From an uncultured Alphaproteobacteria bacterium (GTDB lineage: Bacteria; Pseudomonadota; Alphaproteobacteria; JAJFIK01): a stretch of DNA of 64,000 nucleotides. This document shows, one piece after another, positions 1 to 8,560 of the stretch; the first letter of the stretch is position 1, and each line of letters opens with the position of its first letter. The notes under the pieces are model-generated. The model had not been told where the DNA came from and did no database searches. It saw nothing but the letters and a program-made list of their open reading frames with translations. Position numbers and translations under genes: made by a program. The stretch lies in NCBI GenBank assembly GCA_964474635.1, contig CAYYTT010000003.1, positions 20,017 to 84,016 on the forward strand, written 5' to 3'.

Positions 1-276
1 AAACGCCTTACTCGGCGTGGTGCTGACGGAGGGACCGTATCGCTTTGCCTGTGAAAGTGCCGTTAATGGCAAACAACAGCGAGCGAGGCGTCAGGTTTCC
101 CGTGCCGGAACTTTGCCCAGACCAAGGCGTTATCGCCTTGGGACCACCGCGCGCATGACACGGTTCTGAAGTTCGTTACGCAGCGGTAAATCGGGCCGGG
201 CCGCATGGGTTGGGCACGGCCTTCTGGAAGTACAATGACGCGGGGGGGACCTCGTGAGACACGGAGGGTTATTGTT

Positions 277-969
277 ATGAGCCATCAGACCACGTCGCGC
301 CGGGCTATCCTGACCGGTGGTGCCACTGCCCTTGGTGCCGTGTGCCTTGCCCCCGGGCAGGCCCTCGCGGACCGCAAATTGGAAGCGCGCACCCTGATCC
401 TGCGTGCCCAGGCGACCGTTGAGAATTTCCGCAACGACTCCAACATGCAGTGGGTCCGGGACAATGTCAGCTATGCCAAGGCCGCAATGATCGTGCCGCA
501 AAGCGTGAAGGGCGGCTTCATCATTGGCGGGTCCGGGGGCACCGGGGTCCTCTTGAAGCGCCGCGACCGGGACTGGTCGAACCCGGCCTTTTATACCATC
601 GGTTCCGTGACGATCGGCTTCCAGATCGGCGGCGAGGTCTCCGAAATCCTGCTTCTTGTGATGACTGACCGGGGTGTTGAACGCCTGATGACCTCGTCCT
701 TCAAACTCGGCGCGGATCTCAGTGTCGCCGCCGGCCCGGTAGGAGCGGGCGCCAAGGCGCAAACGGTCGATGTGCTGGCCTTCGCCCGGTCAAAAGGCCT
801 TTACGGCGGCATCAATCTGGAAGGCGCCGTCATCAAGATCCGGAATGATTATAATGCGGACTATTACGGCCGCTCCGGCATCCGCCCGCGCGACATTCTC
901 ATCGGTAATGAGGTGAGCGCTCCGGACGCGGTGGAATTGCGCCAGGCCGTGCTTGACCTGCAACGCTAA
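277..969 (+). CDS. SYLF (Ysc84-like) lipid-binding domain protein with Tat-type signal peptide
   Basis: ATG at 277 preceded by GGAGGG. N-terminal SRRAILTGG twin-arginine motif plus hydrophobic stretch. Body matches the Ysc84/SYLF (DUF500) family by recognition. Confidence 0.6.
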   Translation: MSHQTTSRRAILTGGATALGAVCLAPGQALADRKLEARTLILRAQATVENFRNDSNMQWVRDNVSYAKAAMIVPQSVKGGFIIGGSGGTGVLLKRRDRDWSNPAFYTIGSVTIGFQIGGEVSEILLLVMTDRGVERLMTSSFKLGADLSVAAGPVGAGAKAQTVDVLAFARSKGLYGGINLEGAVIKIRNDYNADYYGRSGIRPRDILIGNEVSAPDAVELRQAVLDLQR

Positions 970-1034
970 CGCGAGCCCCCTCGCAGGGCCGGTCGCCATC
1001 TCCTGACCGGCCCCGCAGGGCACACGAGCCAGCC

Positions 1035-1388
1035 ATGGCCGACTTCAAATCCAGTGCCCATGATGCGGCCTATTGGGATGCACGCGGTCTTGCTGAAACC
1101 CGCGGCTGGCATATTGATGATATGGTGACCGCGGATACTGGCTCCATATACTTTACGGCGATATGGCCCCACTCCATGGGGGATGACGCTCCGCTGGTCT
1201 TGCGTGTCCGGATCAGCGACCACAAACCGGCCGGCTGGCAAATGCGGGCCCGATACGCGTTCGTGACCTGCCATTGCAGGCGCCGGACGAAGCGCGATCT
1301 GGACCGGCTGGCGCACCGCCTGGACGCCCTTGCACAAGGGAACCGCCGTGTGGGCCGTCCCAGTCGCCCAAGACCGCCGCCGCCCTGA
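1035..1388 (+). CDS. hypothetical protein (117 aa)
   Basis: ORF only, no motif. Runs into the tandem repeats at its 3' end. Confidence 0.3.
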   Translation: MADFKSSAHDAAYWDARGLAETRGWHIDDMVTADTGSIYFTAIWPHSMGDDAPLVLRVRISDHKPAGWQMRARYAFVTCHCRRRTKRDLDRLAHRLDALAQGNRRVGRPSRPRPPPP

Positions 1389-1391
1389 TCC

Positions 1392-1515
1392 GCATTGGCC
1401 TGACCCACATTGGCCTGACCCGCCTACCCCCGAACCGCATACCAAGGCACTGGGCAGACCAAGACACTGGGCAGACCAAGACACTGGGCAGACCAAGACA
1501 CTGGGCATGCCAGGG
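1392..1515. repeat. Two adjacent tandem repeat blocks: 2x15 bp (cattggcctgaccc) then about 4x17 bp (gacactgggcagaccaa)
   Basis: Direct reading of the sequence. Perfect head-to-tail copies in an intergenic spacer. Confidence 0.9.
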
Positions 1516-1546
1516 AACGGGGCATGCCGGGTGTAAGGCATACCGA

Positions 1547-2086
1547 TCAGGCGAGGTCGAGTTCCATGGCCATCATGCGGGAGGCCATGGCCTCGTCATA
1601 GGACCTGTACAGATCGATCCGGCGAAAGCCAAGCCGGTCATAAAGCGCGATCGCCTCGGTCTGGCGATGGCCGGTTTCCAGGAGAAGCCGGCTGTAGCCA
1701 AGCCCCGCCGTTTCGTCCCGAAGCTGCGTGCACAGGCGTGCGGCAAGACCATGCCCCCGGGCAAAATCGGCCACGAACAGGCGCTTCATCTCCGCGCATT
1801 CCGGCGTGAAGCGCTGTGCCATCGTGCAGCCCGCAGGCCGGCCGTCGAGGCGCGCCAGCAGGAGACATCCCTCCGGCGGCCGATGCATATCCGCCAGATC
1901 ACGGATCATGGTATCCACCGTCGCCGGCGCATAATGTCCGTCCACGAGCCATAGCTCGTCGGCGTAGCGCATGCGCACCCACTCCATGAAGCCGCGCACC
2001 AGGTCCTGGACAGCCAGGAGATCTTCTCCACCGGACACGGGCACAATGCTCACCGCGTCGCTGGCCGCCTGCTCGCGCGTGGTCAT
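1547..2086 (-). CDS. GNAT family N-acetyltransferase
   Basis: ATG at 2086 with AGGAG upstream. Acetyl-CoA binding region (RGHGLAARL...) typical of GNAT. Confidence 0.8.
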   Translation of the reverse strand: MTTREQAASDAVSIVPVSGGEDLLAVQDLVRGFMEWVRMRYADELWLVDGHYAPATVDTMIRDLADMHRPPEGCLLLARLDGRPAGCTMAQRFTPECAEMKRLFVADFARGHGLAARLCTQLRDETAGLGYSRLLLETGHRQTEAIALYDRLGFRRIDLYRSYDEAMASRMMAMELDLA

Positions 2087-2188
2087 GGCTCCTGGTCCCT
2101 TCCTTGTTTAAAGCAGCGGGCGAGATATCCGATCAGTTAGCGGATCAGTTAGAGTTCAGCATGCCGCTGCGATAGTCGCCTGCGCGCC

Positions 2189-3469
2189 CTAGCCGAACAG
2201 ATCAATCCCCAGAGCTCGGGCAAGCGAACGCGCACCCAGCATGATCGTAATCGCGATCACCACGGCGCCAACCCCATTGGCTATGGGGCCATTGGTGTGG
2301 ATACCGAGGATCCGCCGCTGGTTCATGGCCCAAAGCAACAACATGGCAACCACCGGCAACATGAACCCATTGGCGATCTGGGCCGTCACGATGACCCGCA
2401 CCACATTGATGTCAAGACTGGCCACGATAAGACCCACGGCCAGGACCAGCAGCATCACCGCGCGAAACCGCAATGCGCGGGACAGGGGAAGGTGTTTGTC
2501 GGGCACGATCTCCTGGACCAGGTAGGCGGTTGCGAGCGGCGCGGCCACGGCGGAAGTCAGCGCCGCCGCGAACAGGCCTACACCGATGATCGTCTTTGCC
2601 CAGGTGCCGTACACGGGCTCCAGGCTGCGGGCGAAATCGGCCGGGCCGGTGACCCGGCTGCCCCCCTCACCGCCCACCGCTTCGGCCAAACCGGCGGCGG
2701 CCATCACCATGATGGCCGCGGAAATGAGACCGCCCACCGCTATGGTGACCGCCGTATCCAGGGCCACATGGCGCAAGGCCCCGGGCGACGGCACGGGCCA
2801 GTGGTCCCGGGCGGCGGCGGCATGGAGAAACAGATTGTAGGGCACGATCGTGGTGCCGATCAGTGCAATGATCAGCGGAAGCGCCCCCTCGGGCACCCGG
2901 GGACGCAGGCCCGAGACGATGCCCGGCCAGTCCGGCCCGACAAGGGCAAGCCCGGCCAGAAAGGCGAGGATCATCGCACCCACAAGGGCGGCAAGGACCC
3001 ATGTGATGAAACGTACACCGCCCGTCAGCATCAAAAACCCCGCGGCGAGACCCGTCACAGCAATCCCCGCGATGCGATCAAGCCCGAAAAGAAGCGAAAG
3101 GCCTACCGCACTGCCCGTGATGTTGCCGGCCTCATAGGCCATGGCGCCGATGCCCACGGCGATGACCATGAGGGCGGAAATGGCAAGGCGCATCACGGGC
3201 CCCGGCATCTGCCCGGCCAATGTTTCGCCCAGGCCCGCGCGGGCCAGAATGCCGAGGCGTCCGGCCATGGTTTGCAGGACAACGGCGGCCACGGTGGCAA
3301 AAATCAGGGCCCAAGTCAGGGCGTAGCCGAAATCGGCGCCCGCCACCGTGCAGGTCGTCACCGTTCCGGGCCCGACAAAGGCGGCCGTCACCAGCACACC
3401 GGGCCCGGGACGCCAGGCGCGCGAGCCAGGCGCGCCGCGCATGTCCTCTTGCTGGGTGATCTCGCTCAT
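2189..3469 (-). CDS. Nramp/MntH-family (SLC11) transporter with non-canonical metal-site motifs
   Basis: ATG at 3469 with GGGGAG upstream. About 11 TM helices. TM1 region aligns to MntH but reads GPGT instead of DPGN. TM6 reads TTIVPY instead of A-x-x-M-P-H. Confidence 0.8.
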   Translation of the reverse strand: MSEITQQEDMRGAPGSRAWRPGPGVLVTAAFVGPGTVTTCTVAGADFGYALTWALIFATVAAVVLQTMAGRLGILARAGLGETLAGQMPGPVMRLAISALMVIAVGIGAMAYEAGNITGSAVGLSLLFGLDRIAGIAVTGLAAGFLMLTGGVRFITWVLAALVGAMILAFLAGLALVGPDWPGIVSGLRPRVPEGALPLIIALIGTTIVPYNLFLHAAAARDHWPVPSPGALRHVALDTAVTIAVGGLISAAIMVMAAAGLAEAVGGEGGSRVTGPADFARSLEPVYGTWAKTIIGVGLFAAALTSAVAAPLATAYLVQEIVPDKHLPLSRALRFRAVMLLVLAVGLIVASLDINVVRVIVTAQIANGFMLPVVAMLLLWAMNQRRILGIHTNGPIANGVGAVVIAITIMLGARSLARALGIDLFG

Positions 3470-3664
3470 GTCGTGCCACTCCCCGGCCGCTGCCCGGCAC
3501 TTGAGGGAAGGCGAACGGTCGCGATGCCTGATGATGGATGGTCTTAAAGTGCTTTATAAGCCCATTTCGCGCCGGAACGAACAGTATTCGCCGTCGCTGC
3601 GCCAGGGATTACCCGCGCGGCGTTGAATTTGTCACCATGGAGAGCAAAAAGGCGGGGCCGTCCC

Positions 3665-4360
3665 CTAGAGTTCAACCTCTCCGACGGAGGGTTTTTCTTG
3701 TGTTTTCGTCAGGTATTGAACCAGATCGTCAATTTCATCCTCGGACGTGAATTGGAAGGACATCTGCCGCATGCCCTTGGCGCGGGTCGAGGCCTTGGGT
3801 CCCCCGCGCCAGCCCTTTTGGTAGGCCTCGATCTGCCGACGCACATAGTCCGCGTCCAACAGCGCCAGATTGGGGATGTAGAGAACGTCCGATCCTTGGG
3901 CAACCTGACCATGGCACGCGGCGCAATTTGCGGCATAAAAGGCCGCGCCCCGCATGTCCGGTTCTTCGGTCCGGTCGGCCTGGGCCACTTCCGGCGTTGG
4001 CGGTCCCAAAGACGCGTAATAGGCGGCAAGGCGGACAATCGCGGCATTATCGAGCAGGCCAGCCGAAGCCGCCATGGTCTGGCCGGCAGTGTCCTGCGGG
4101 TGCGTGCCACGGCGCCCTTGCGCAAAATGCGCCAGTTGTTCGGCCAGATAGCGTTGTCCCTGCCCCGCCAGCCGCGGCGCCTGCAAATCAGGATTGCCCA
4201 TGCCATCCGCGCCGTGGCATGAGGCGCACAGGCCTATGGTGTCATCCCAAGTGGCGGCTTCGTCCACCGTTTGCGCCCTGGATGACGACGCCGCGGCGAG
4301 CGCGATGAGCGCGAGCATGGCGCCCAGCGCGGGACGTGCCCCTTTTGCCCTATTGGTCAT
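3665..4360 (-). CDS. dihaem cytochrome c (c4-like, class I)
   Basis: ATG at 4360 overlapping the upstream stop (ATGA). Signal peptide. Two CxxCH motifs (CASCH, CAACH). QAPRLAGQ c4-type signature. Confidence 0.7.
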   Translation of the reverse strand: MTNRAKGARPALGAMLALIALAAASSSRAQTVDEAATWDDTIGLCASCHGADGMGNPDLQAPRLAGQGQRYLAEQLAHFAQGRRGTHPQDTAGQTMAASAGLLDNAAIVRLAAYYASLGPPTPEVAQADRTEEPDMRGAAFYAANCAACHGQVAQGSDVLYIPNLALLDADYVRRQIEAYQKGWRGGPKASTRAKGMRQMSFQFTSEDEIDDLVQYLTKTQEKPSVGEVEL

Positions 4361-4830
4361 GGCTCTGCTTCTCCTCCGCGGCGCTTTGAGGGGGCGGTCT
4401 CTTGTTGTTCTCGTCCGGCGGCACGGATCCGCGCGATCAGGGCCTCTCGCACCGGCGTCACTTGCGTCAGGGGATCCCGGCGCAGGATCGATAGCTCTTG
4501 CGCCGTGTACGGTACGAACCCGGTGGGCAGACCGTCCGGATCGAAGTGCGTGAGCATCCAATTCAAAACCCTGGCCAGCCGATCATCCGGCAGGTCGGAC
4601 AGCGCAACGCCCGGAACCTGCACGAGATAGGCCCGGCCGCCTTCGACACCCAGAAACGCCGCCATTTCGCCCCGCAATCGCGGCACGCCGCGCTCGGGAA
4701 ACCCTTCGCCGCCGGGCAAGTGGCACCCCTGGCAATTGAGCATGTAGTCGATCCGTACAGGATCCGCCTGACCCGTTGACACATGGGCGATGACCGCAAG
4801 GACCGTCAAAAGGATCGATACGCGCCTCAC
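4357..4830 (-). CDS. monohaem cytochrome c, probable electron acceptor of the amine dehydrogenase
   Basis: GTG start at 4830 with GGAG 9 nt upstream. Signal peptide. Single CQGCH. Confidence 0.65.
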   Translation of the reverse strand: MRRVSILLTVLAVIAHVSTGQADPVRIDYMLNCQGCHLPGGEGFPERGVPRLRGEMAAFLGVEGGRAYLVQVPGVALSDLPDDRLARVLNWMLTHFDPDGLPTGFVPYTAQELSILRRDPLTQVTPVREALIARIRAAGREQQETAPSKRRGGEAEP

Positions 4831-4836
4831 AGTGCC

Positions 4837-5361
4837 CTACTCCGCCACGGCCACAACGACGGACAAGGAACAATGGTAGGGCACATTGGCCTGACTTCCC
4901 GAACACCAGTTGATGTTGTTAGAGGTCTGCGGACGATAAATGGGCGTATCGCCCTTATTGGTGTTGCAAAAGCAGGAGCCACAGGCCGAAAGTCCGCAAC
5001 AGTCGTTATAGGAAATGACGTAATCCTTGCCATCGGTCGGGTTGCGACAGGTCCCGATCCAAGTGATGTCCGAGACGACCGTCCCCGGTGGGCATGTGCT
5101 CGCCGAGCCTCCGCAGCAGCCACACAGAAAGCCATCAATGGCGCAGTGACGCCAGTAATTGCAGTCGTTCGGATCTCCCCGTTCGGGCACGGACTGGCTT
5201 GCGCCTTGCGCAAAGGCCCCGCTTCTGAAAACCGGCACCAGCGGCGTGAGTGAAGCGCCGACCAGCGCCGCACCCATCTTGCCCATAAATCCGCGCCGGG
5301 AGGATGTGCGGGCCCGGTGGCGTGTCATCCGTTCAACGAACTGATCCAATGAGCCTATCAT
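4837..5361 (-). CDS. mauA: TTQ-dependent amine dehydrogenase light (small) subunit
   Basis: Tat signal (SRRGFMGKMGAAL). Cys-rich core CNYWRHCAIDG...PGT...YNDCCG...NWC, near-identical in pattern to the methylamine/aromatic amine dehydrogenase light chain. ATG overlaps mauD stop. Confidence 0.85.
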   Translation of the reverse strand: MIGSLDQFVERMTRHRARTSSRRGFMGKMGAALVGASLTPLVPVFRSGAFAQGASQSVPERGDPNDCNYWRHCAIDGFLCGCCGGSASTCPPGTVVSDITWIGTCRNPTDGKDYVISYNDCCGLSACGSCFCNTNKGDTPIYRPQTSNNINWCSGSQANVPYHCSLSVVVAVAE

Positions 5362-5942
5362 GCGGCAACTCCTAGCGTGTCGGACGCCTCAACCAGGCTG
5401 TCGATATGTTCACGGGAATTGACAAGCCCATGGCTTAGCACCGAACCGTTTCGCCCGATGAGGATGCCATAGGGCAGTTTGCTGATCCGGTAGGCCATGC
5501 CGGCCTCAGCCGACAGAACATAGGGAAAAAATTCGAGCCTGTGGCGGGAAATGAAGGCCCGGTGTTCCGCCTCGTCCCCATCGCTCGCGAAGACAACCCG
5601 CAAACGCCCCTGTTCGGCCGAAGCGATGTTTTTAAGCGCCGGCAGCAATTCCTTGCAGACCGGGCACGTGCTCGACAGGAAGAACAGAAGGGTCTCTCGA
5701 TCATTTTGAGACTGTGCGCCAAAGCGTGTCTCACCGCCATTAAGGGACGGCAGCGAAAAATCCGGCGCCGGATCACCGACCTGGAGGGCTTGGCCCAGGG
5801 AGAGAGCGCCAACGGGCTTCAACCGGTCATGGAGAAGGCCGATCTGCCGCGTCAGGGCATACACCACAACGCAAAGCGCGATGATGACAATCCAGGACAG
5901 GATCACCGCAACCGTCAATGCTTCCATCATGCTTGGCTCCAT
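5358..5942 (-). CDS. mauD: MauD-like thioredoxin-fold thiol-disulfide oxidoreductase
   Basis: N-terminal TM anchor then thioredoxin fold with CPVC motif. Position between mauE and mauA. First ATG at 5942 (track start 5948 is TTG). Confidence 0.75.
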   Translation of the reverse strand: MEPSMMEALTVAVILSWIVIIALCVVVYALTRQIGLLHDRLKPVGALSLGQALQVGDPAPDFSLPSLNGGETRFGAQSQNDRETLLFFLSSTCPVCKELLPALKNIASAEQGRLRVVFASDGDEAEHRAFISRHRLEFFPYVLSAEAGMAYRISKLPYGILIGRNGSVLSHGLVNSREHIDSLVEASDTLGVAA

Positions 5943-6472
5943 CGCCAAAATTGCCTATTCCGGATCAATGTTTCGCTCATGAGGTAAAGGGCACAGGCGG
6001 ACAAAATGCCGAACAGGCAGGCCGCGCCATCAAGCCAGGTCCAGGAGCGCACGGCCGTGGGCATCAGCAATACAGCGGCAACAACACACAGCGCCCCGTT
6101 CCGCACCACCAGTGCCGCAGAGATCTGGCCCGTTCCCCGCCCAAAATGGCAGCCGCAATCGATCTGCGTTCTGCCGCGCAACAGGTTGATCCCTATTGCA
6201 CTTGCGTAAATGGCCAACAGGGTCATGGTGAGAAGCGCCCCGGCCCGAACGGACCCAAGCAGGAGGAGGAGAGCGGCAAAACTCTCCATAAGGACGACAA
6301 GGCCTGCGACAACAGGCGCCAGGAGATCGGGCCCAAGGCGATAGGCCTTGAGTGTCCCGAGAAAACGCCTCACATGCGCTACTTTGTGGATGGCCCCCAC
6401 ACTGAATAATAGAGCAAAGGCCCAAGTCAGGATCATCGCGAATACCGGATCAAGCCCCATCGCCGTCACCAT
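5927..6472 (-). CDS. mauE: MauE-family membrane protein
   Basis: About 5 TM helices, 181 aa. ATG at 6472. Position between mauB and mauD as in mau operons. Confidence 0.75.
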   Translation of the reverse strand: MVTAMGLDPVFAMILTWAFALLFSVGAIHKVAHVRRFLGTLKAYRLGPDLLAPVVAGLVVLMESFAALLLLLGSVRAGALLTMTLLAIYASAIGINLLRGRTQIDCGCHFGRGTGQISAALVVRNGALCVVAAVLLMPTAVRSWTWLDGAACLFGILSACALYLMSETLIRNRQFWRWSQA

Positions 6473-7770
6473 GCCTTGATCGCAATGTGGGCCCCGCCCG
6501 GATTGACCGGGCCACGCACCAGGTGCGTGCCATCGTCCCCGTCATACACATTGACGCGGGATTGGAGCAGGTCCCGGAAACCGGCCTCGCCTTCGGTGAC
6601 CAGGATCCACAGGGTCTCCAGAAACGACACGGGAATGTGGAGATCCATGGTAACAAGGCGTGGCTGCTCTGCCTGCGTCACATCGATGGAAACGGTCAGA
6701 TCCTTCATCTTGATGCGTTGGACTCGTTGCCTCTTGGCCGTATCGACAACCCAAACCTCCTCGCCCGGATCCTCGAATTTTTCCGGTTTGCCCTGCCGCA
6801 TCAAAACGAACAATCGTCCGCTCGCCCGGTGGATCGCCAGATGTCCAAGACCGGCGATGGTCCACTGGTCGCCGCGGTCCCCGTCGCTCAGGAGCGACCA
6901 GCTGCCCAGATGATCGATCCGCGTATCCGTCATTCGAATGGCATGGACCCGCGCCTGGCGTGACAGGAAGTACCAAGTATCTCCAGCGTTGACCGGGGAT
7001 GCCGTCAGCGGATCCTCAATGGCATCGAACAGGACGCCGGTGCGTTCGCGCTCCACGACACGGCCATCAGAACCAAGACGAAGGCGCATAAAGGATCCAT
7101 TGCTGCAGATCAGGTAAAAGCTGCGTTCACCGCCCTCATGGGCGCCCATGCATCCGGGCGTTTCCACCTCCTCAACGAAGCGACGCTCTTTCAGGTCCAC
7201 GATGCTCAGCGATTGGGCGGGTGTATAATTCACGACGGCGAGGAAGCGCTGATCCGGGGTCATACGCATCATTTGGCTCGGCTGCGTCGCGTTCATCCGC
7301 TTGGCGGGAATTTCAATCTCGTATCTGGGCCGAAGGGTCTTATCGTCATAGGCCGCGACGATATCGGTGCGCTCCCCGCGCGTACCTCGGCTCAAATAGG
7401 TCTCAACGGTCAGGATTGCACCATAACGATCGGCCGGCAGAAGATTTGTGAACCAATATCCCGTGCTGAGTTGACCCAACCGCCTTGCATTGATGTCGTA
7501 AAGATAGGCGCGCCCATCCACGAAACTTGGTGAACCAACGCCATAGGCCCAGTAGCGCATCCCCGGAGCCGCATCATCTAACGTTGTGGACCGGGCCATT
7601 TCGGGGAAAGGACTGTTGCGCACAGGGCCCGTCGTTGCGTTTCCGGCCACCATTGAAGCCTGCCACAGCGCAGCACCAGTCAGCGCCGCCAGGAGGACCA
7701 GAAGGACGATCAAAACACGGATCATGAGGGTCAAGATCGGTTTCCTTGTCCGGGACGTCCGCGCGGTCAT
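6466..7770 (-). CDS. mauB: amine dehydrogenase heavy (large) subunit, beta-propeller
   Basis: 434 aa with N-terminal signal/anchor. Size and operon position (first, upstream of mauE-D-A) match mauB. Overlaps mauE by 7 nt. Confidence 0.7.
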   Translation of the reverse strand: MTARTSRTRKPILTLMIRVLIVLLVLLAALTGAALWQASMVAGNATTGPVRNSPFPEMARSTTLDDAAPGMRYWAYGVGSPSFVDGRAYLYDINARRLGQLSTGYWFTNLLPADRYGAILTVETYLSRGTRGERTDIVAAYDDKTLRPRYEIEIPAKRMNATQPSQMMRMTPDQRFLAVVNYTPAQSLSIVDLKERRFVEEVETPGCMGAHEGGERSFYLICSNGSFMRLRLGSDGRVVERERTGVLFDAIEDPLTASPVNAGDTWYFLSRQARVHAIRMTDTRIDHLGSWSLLSDGDRGDQWTIAGLGHLAIHRASGRLFVLMRQGKPEKFEDPGEEVWVVDTAKRQRVQRIKMKDLTVSIDVTQAEQPRLVTMDLHIPVSFLETLWILVTEGEAGFRDLLQSRVNVYDGDDGTHLVRGPVNPGGAHIAIKAW

Positions 7771-7797
7771 GATGGGTCTCCTCGTCCCGGATATCGG

Positions 7798-8442
7798 TTA
7801 AGTCGACGGATTATTGGGGGCGGTCAAAATGCGTTCAAGATAGACGGCCTGCATGTCAAGACCGTGCTGCAAGACTTGTTCAGCCAGGTCGCCCTCGCAC
7901 TCAAAATAAAGATCGATCAGCGATACGGCGGTTTCAGTCAGCATCAGGAATGCCGGCTCAAGGTCCGCTCGCGATGCACCGAAGCCCCTGTGATGGGTGA
8001 GTTCGGCAATGCGGATGGCGATCTGCTTGGTATCGTCCAGATCCATGCGCCGCAGGAGGGGCGAACTCTTCATGGCGCGCCGGATCGCAACGCCGCCCGG
8101 GCGTTGCTTAAGCCAGCCGATGAGATCGCGGACGGTGCCGACCCAGAACCCCGCCGACGGTATGTCGGGCGACGCCTTTGCATCGTAGTCCTCCACCCAT
8201 ACGTTCCAGTCCGCAATCAGATGGTCTGCAAGGGTCGCAACAATCGAAAGCTTGTTTGGAAAATAGCGATAGAGGGTTTGCACGCCCACACCGGCCCGTT
8301 CAGCGACCAGATTCGTGGTCAGCCCATCCCAACCAACCTCATCCAGAACGACCGCCGCCGTCGCCAGTATATGGTCGAAGGTCTTTCTGGACCGGGCCTG
8401 CGAAGGCGTTCTCCTGAGAAGATCGTGCGTTTCGTCCATCAT
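7798..8442 (-). CDS. TetR family transcriptional regulator
   Basis: N-terminal HTH (TNLVAERAGVGVQTLYRYFPNK). ATG at 8442. Immediately upstream of mauB and co-directional. Confidence 0.8.
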   Translation of the reverse strand: MMDETHDLLRRTPSQARSRKTFDHILATAAVVLDEVGWDGLTTNLVAERAGVGVQTLYRYFPNKLSIVATLADHLIADWNVWVEDYDAKASPDIPSAGFWVGTVRDLIGWLKQRPGGVAIRRAMKSSPLLRRMDLDDTKQIAIRIAELTHHRGFGASRADLEPAFLMLTETAVSLIDLYFECEGDLAEQVLQHGLDMQAVYLERILTAPNNPST

Positions 8443-8560
8443 CGGTCCCGTTCGCGCTCGACAAAGCGGAGCATTTGCTCCCATTATTGAGCGGTGAGGA
8501 CACGAGCCCTGTCAAGGGGCAATCCGGGCCTTCGGGCAGAGCCGAAAGCGGAGGGAAGCG

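Noticed and set aside
1392-1515. Tandem repeats as a possible CRISPR array (also at 9794, 34213, 35874)
   Set aside because: Units are contiguous with no spacers, only 2-6 copies of 12-20 bp, and no cas genes anywhere in the window.
2297-3547. 416-aa plus-strand ORF over the Nramp gene
   Set aside because: His/Gly/Arg-rich low-complexity translation. Shadow of the real minus-strand membrane protein.
3665-4360. 231-aa dihaem cytochrome as MauG
   Set aside because: Too short for the CCP-fold MauG (about 360-390 aa). It carries the c4-type AP-LAGQ signature rather than peroxidase features. Kept as c4-like cytochrome, but the MauG question is flagged for checking.
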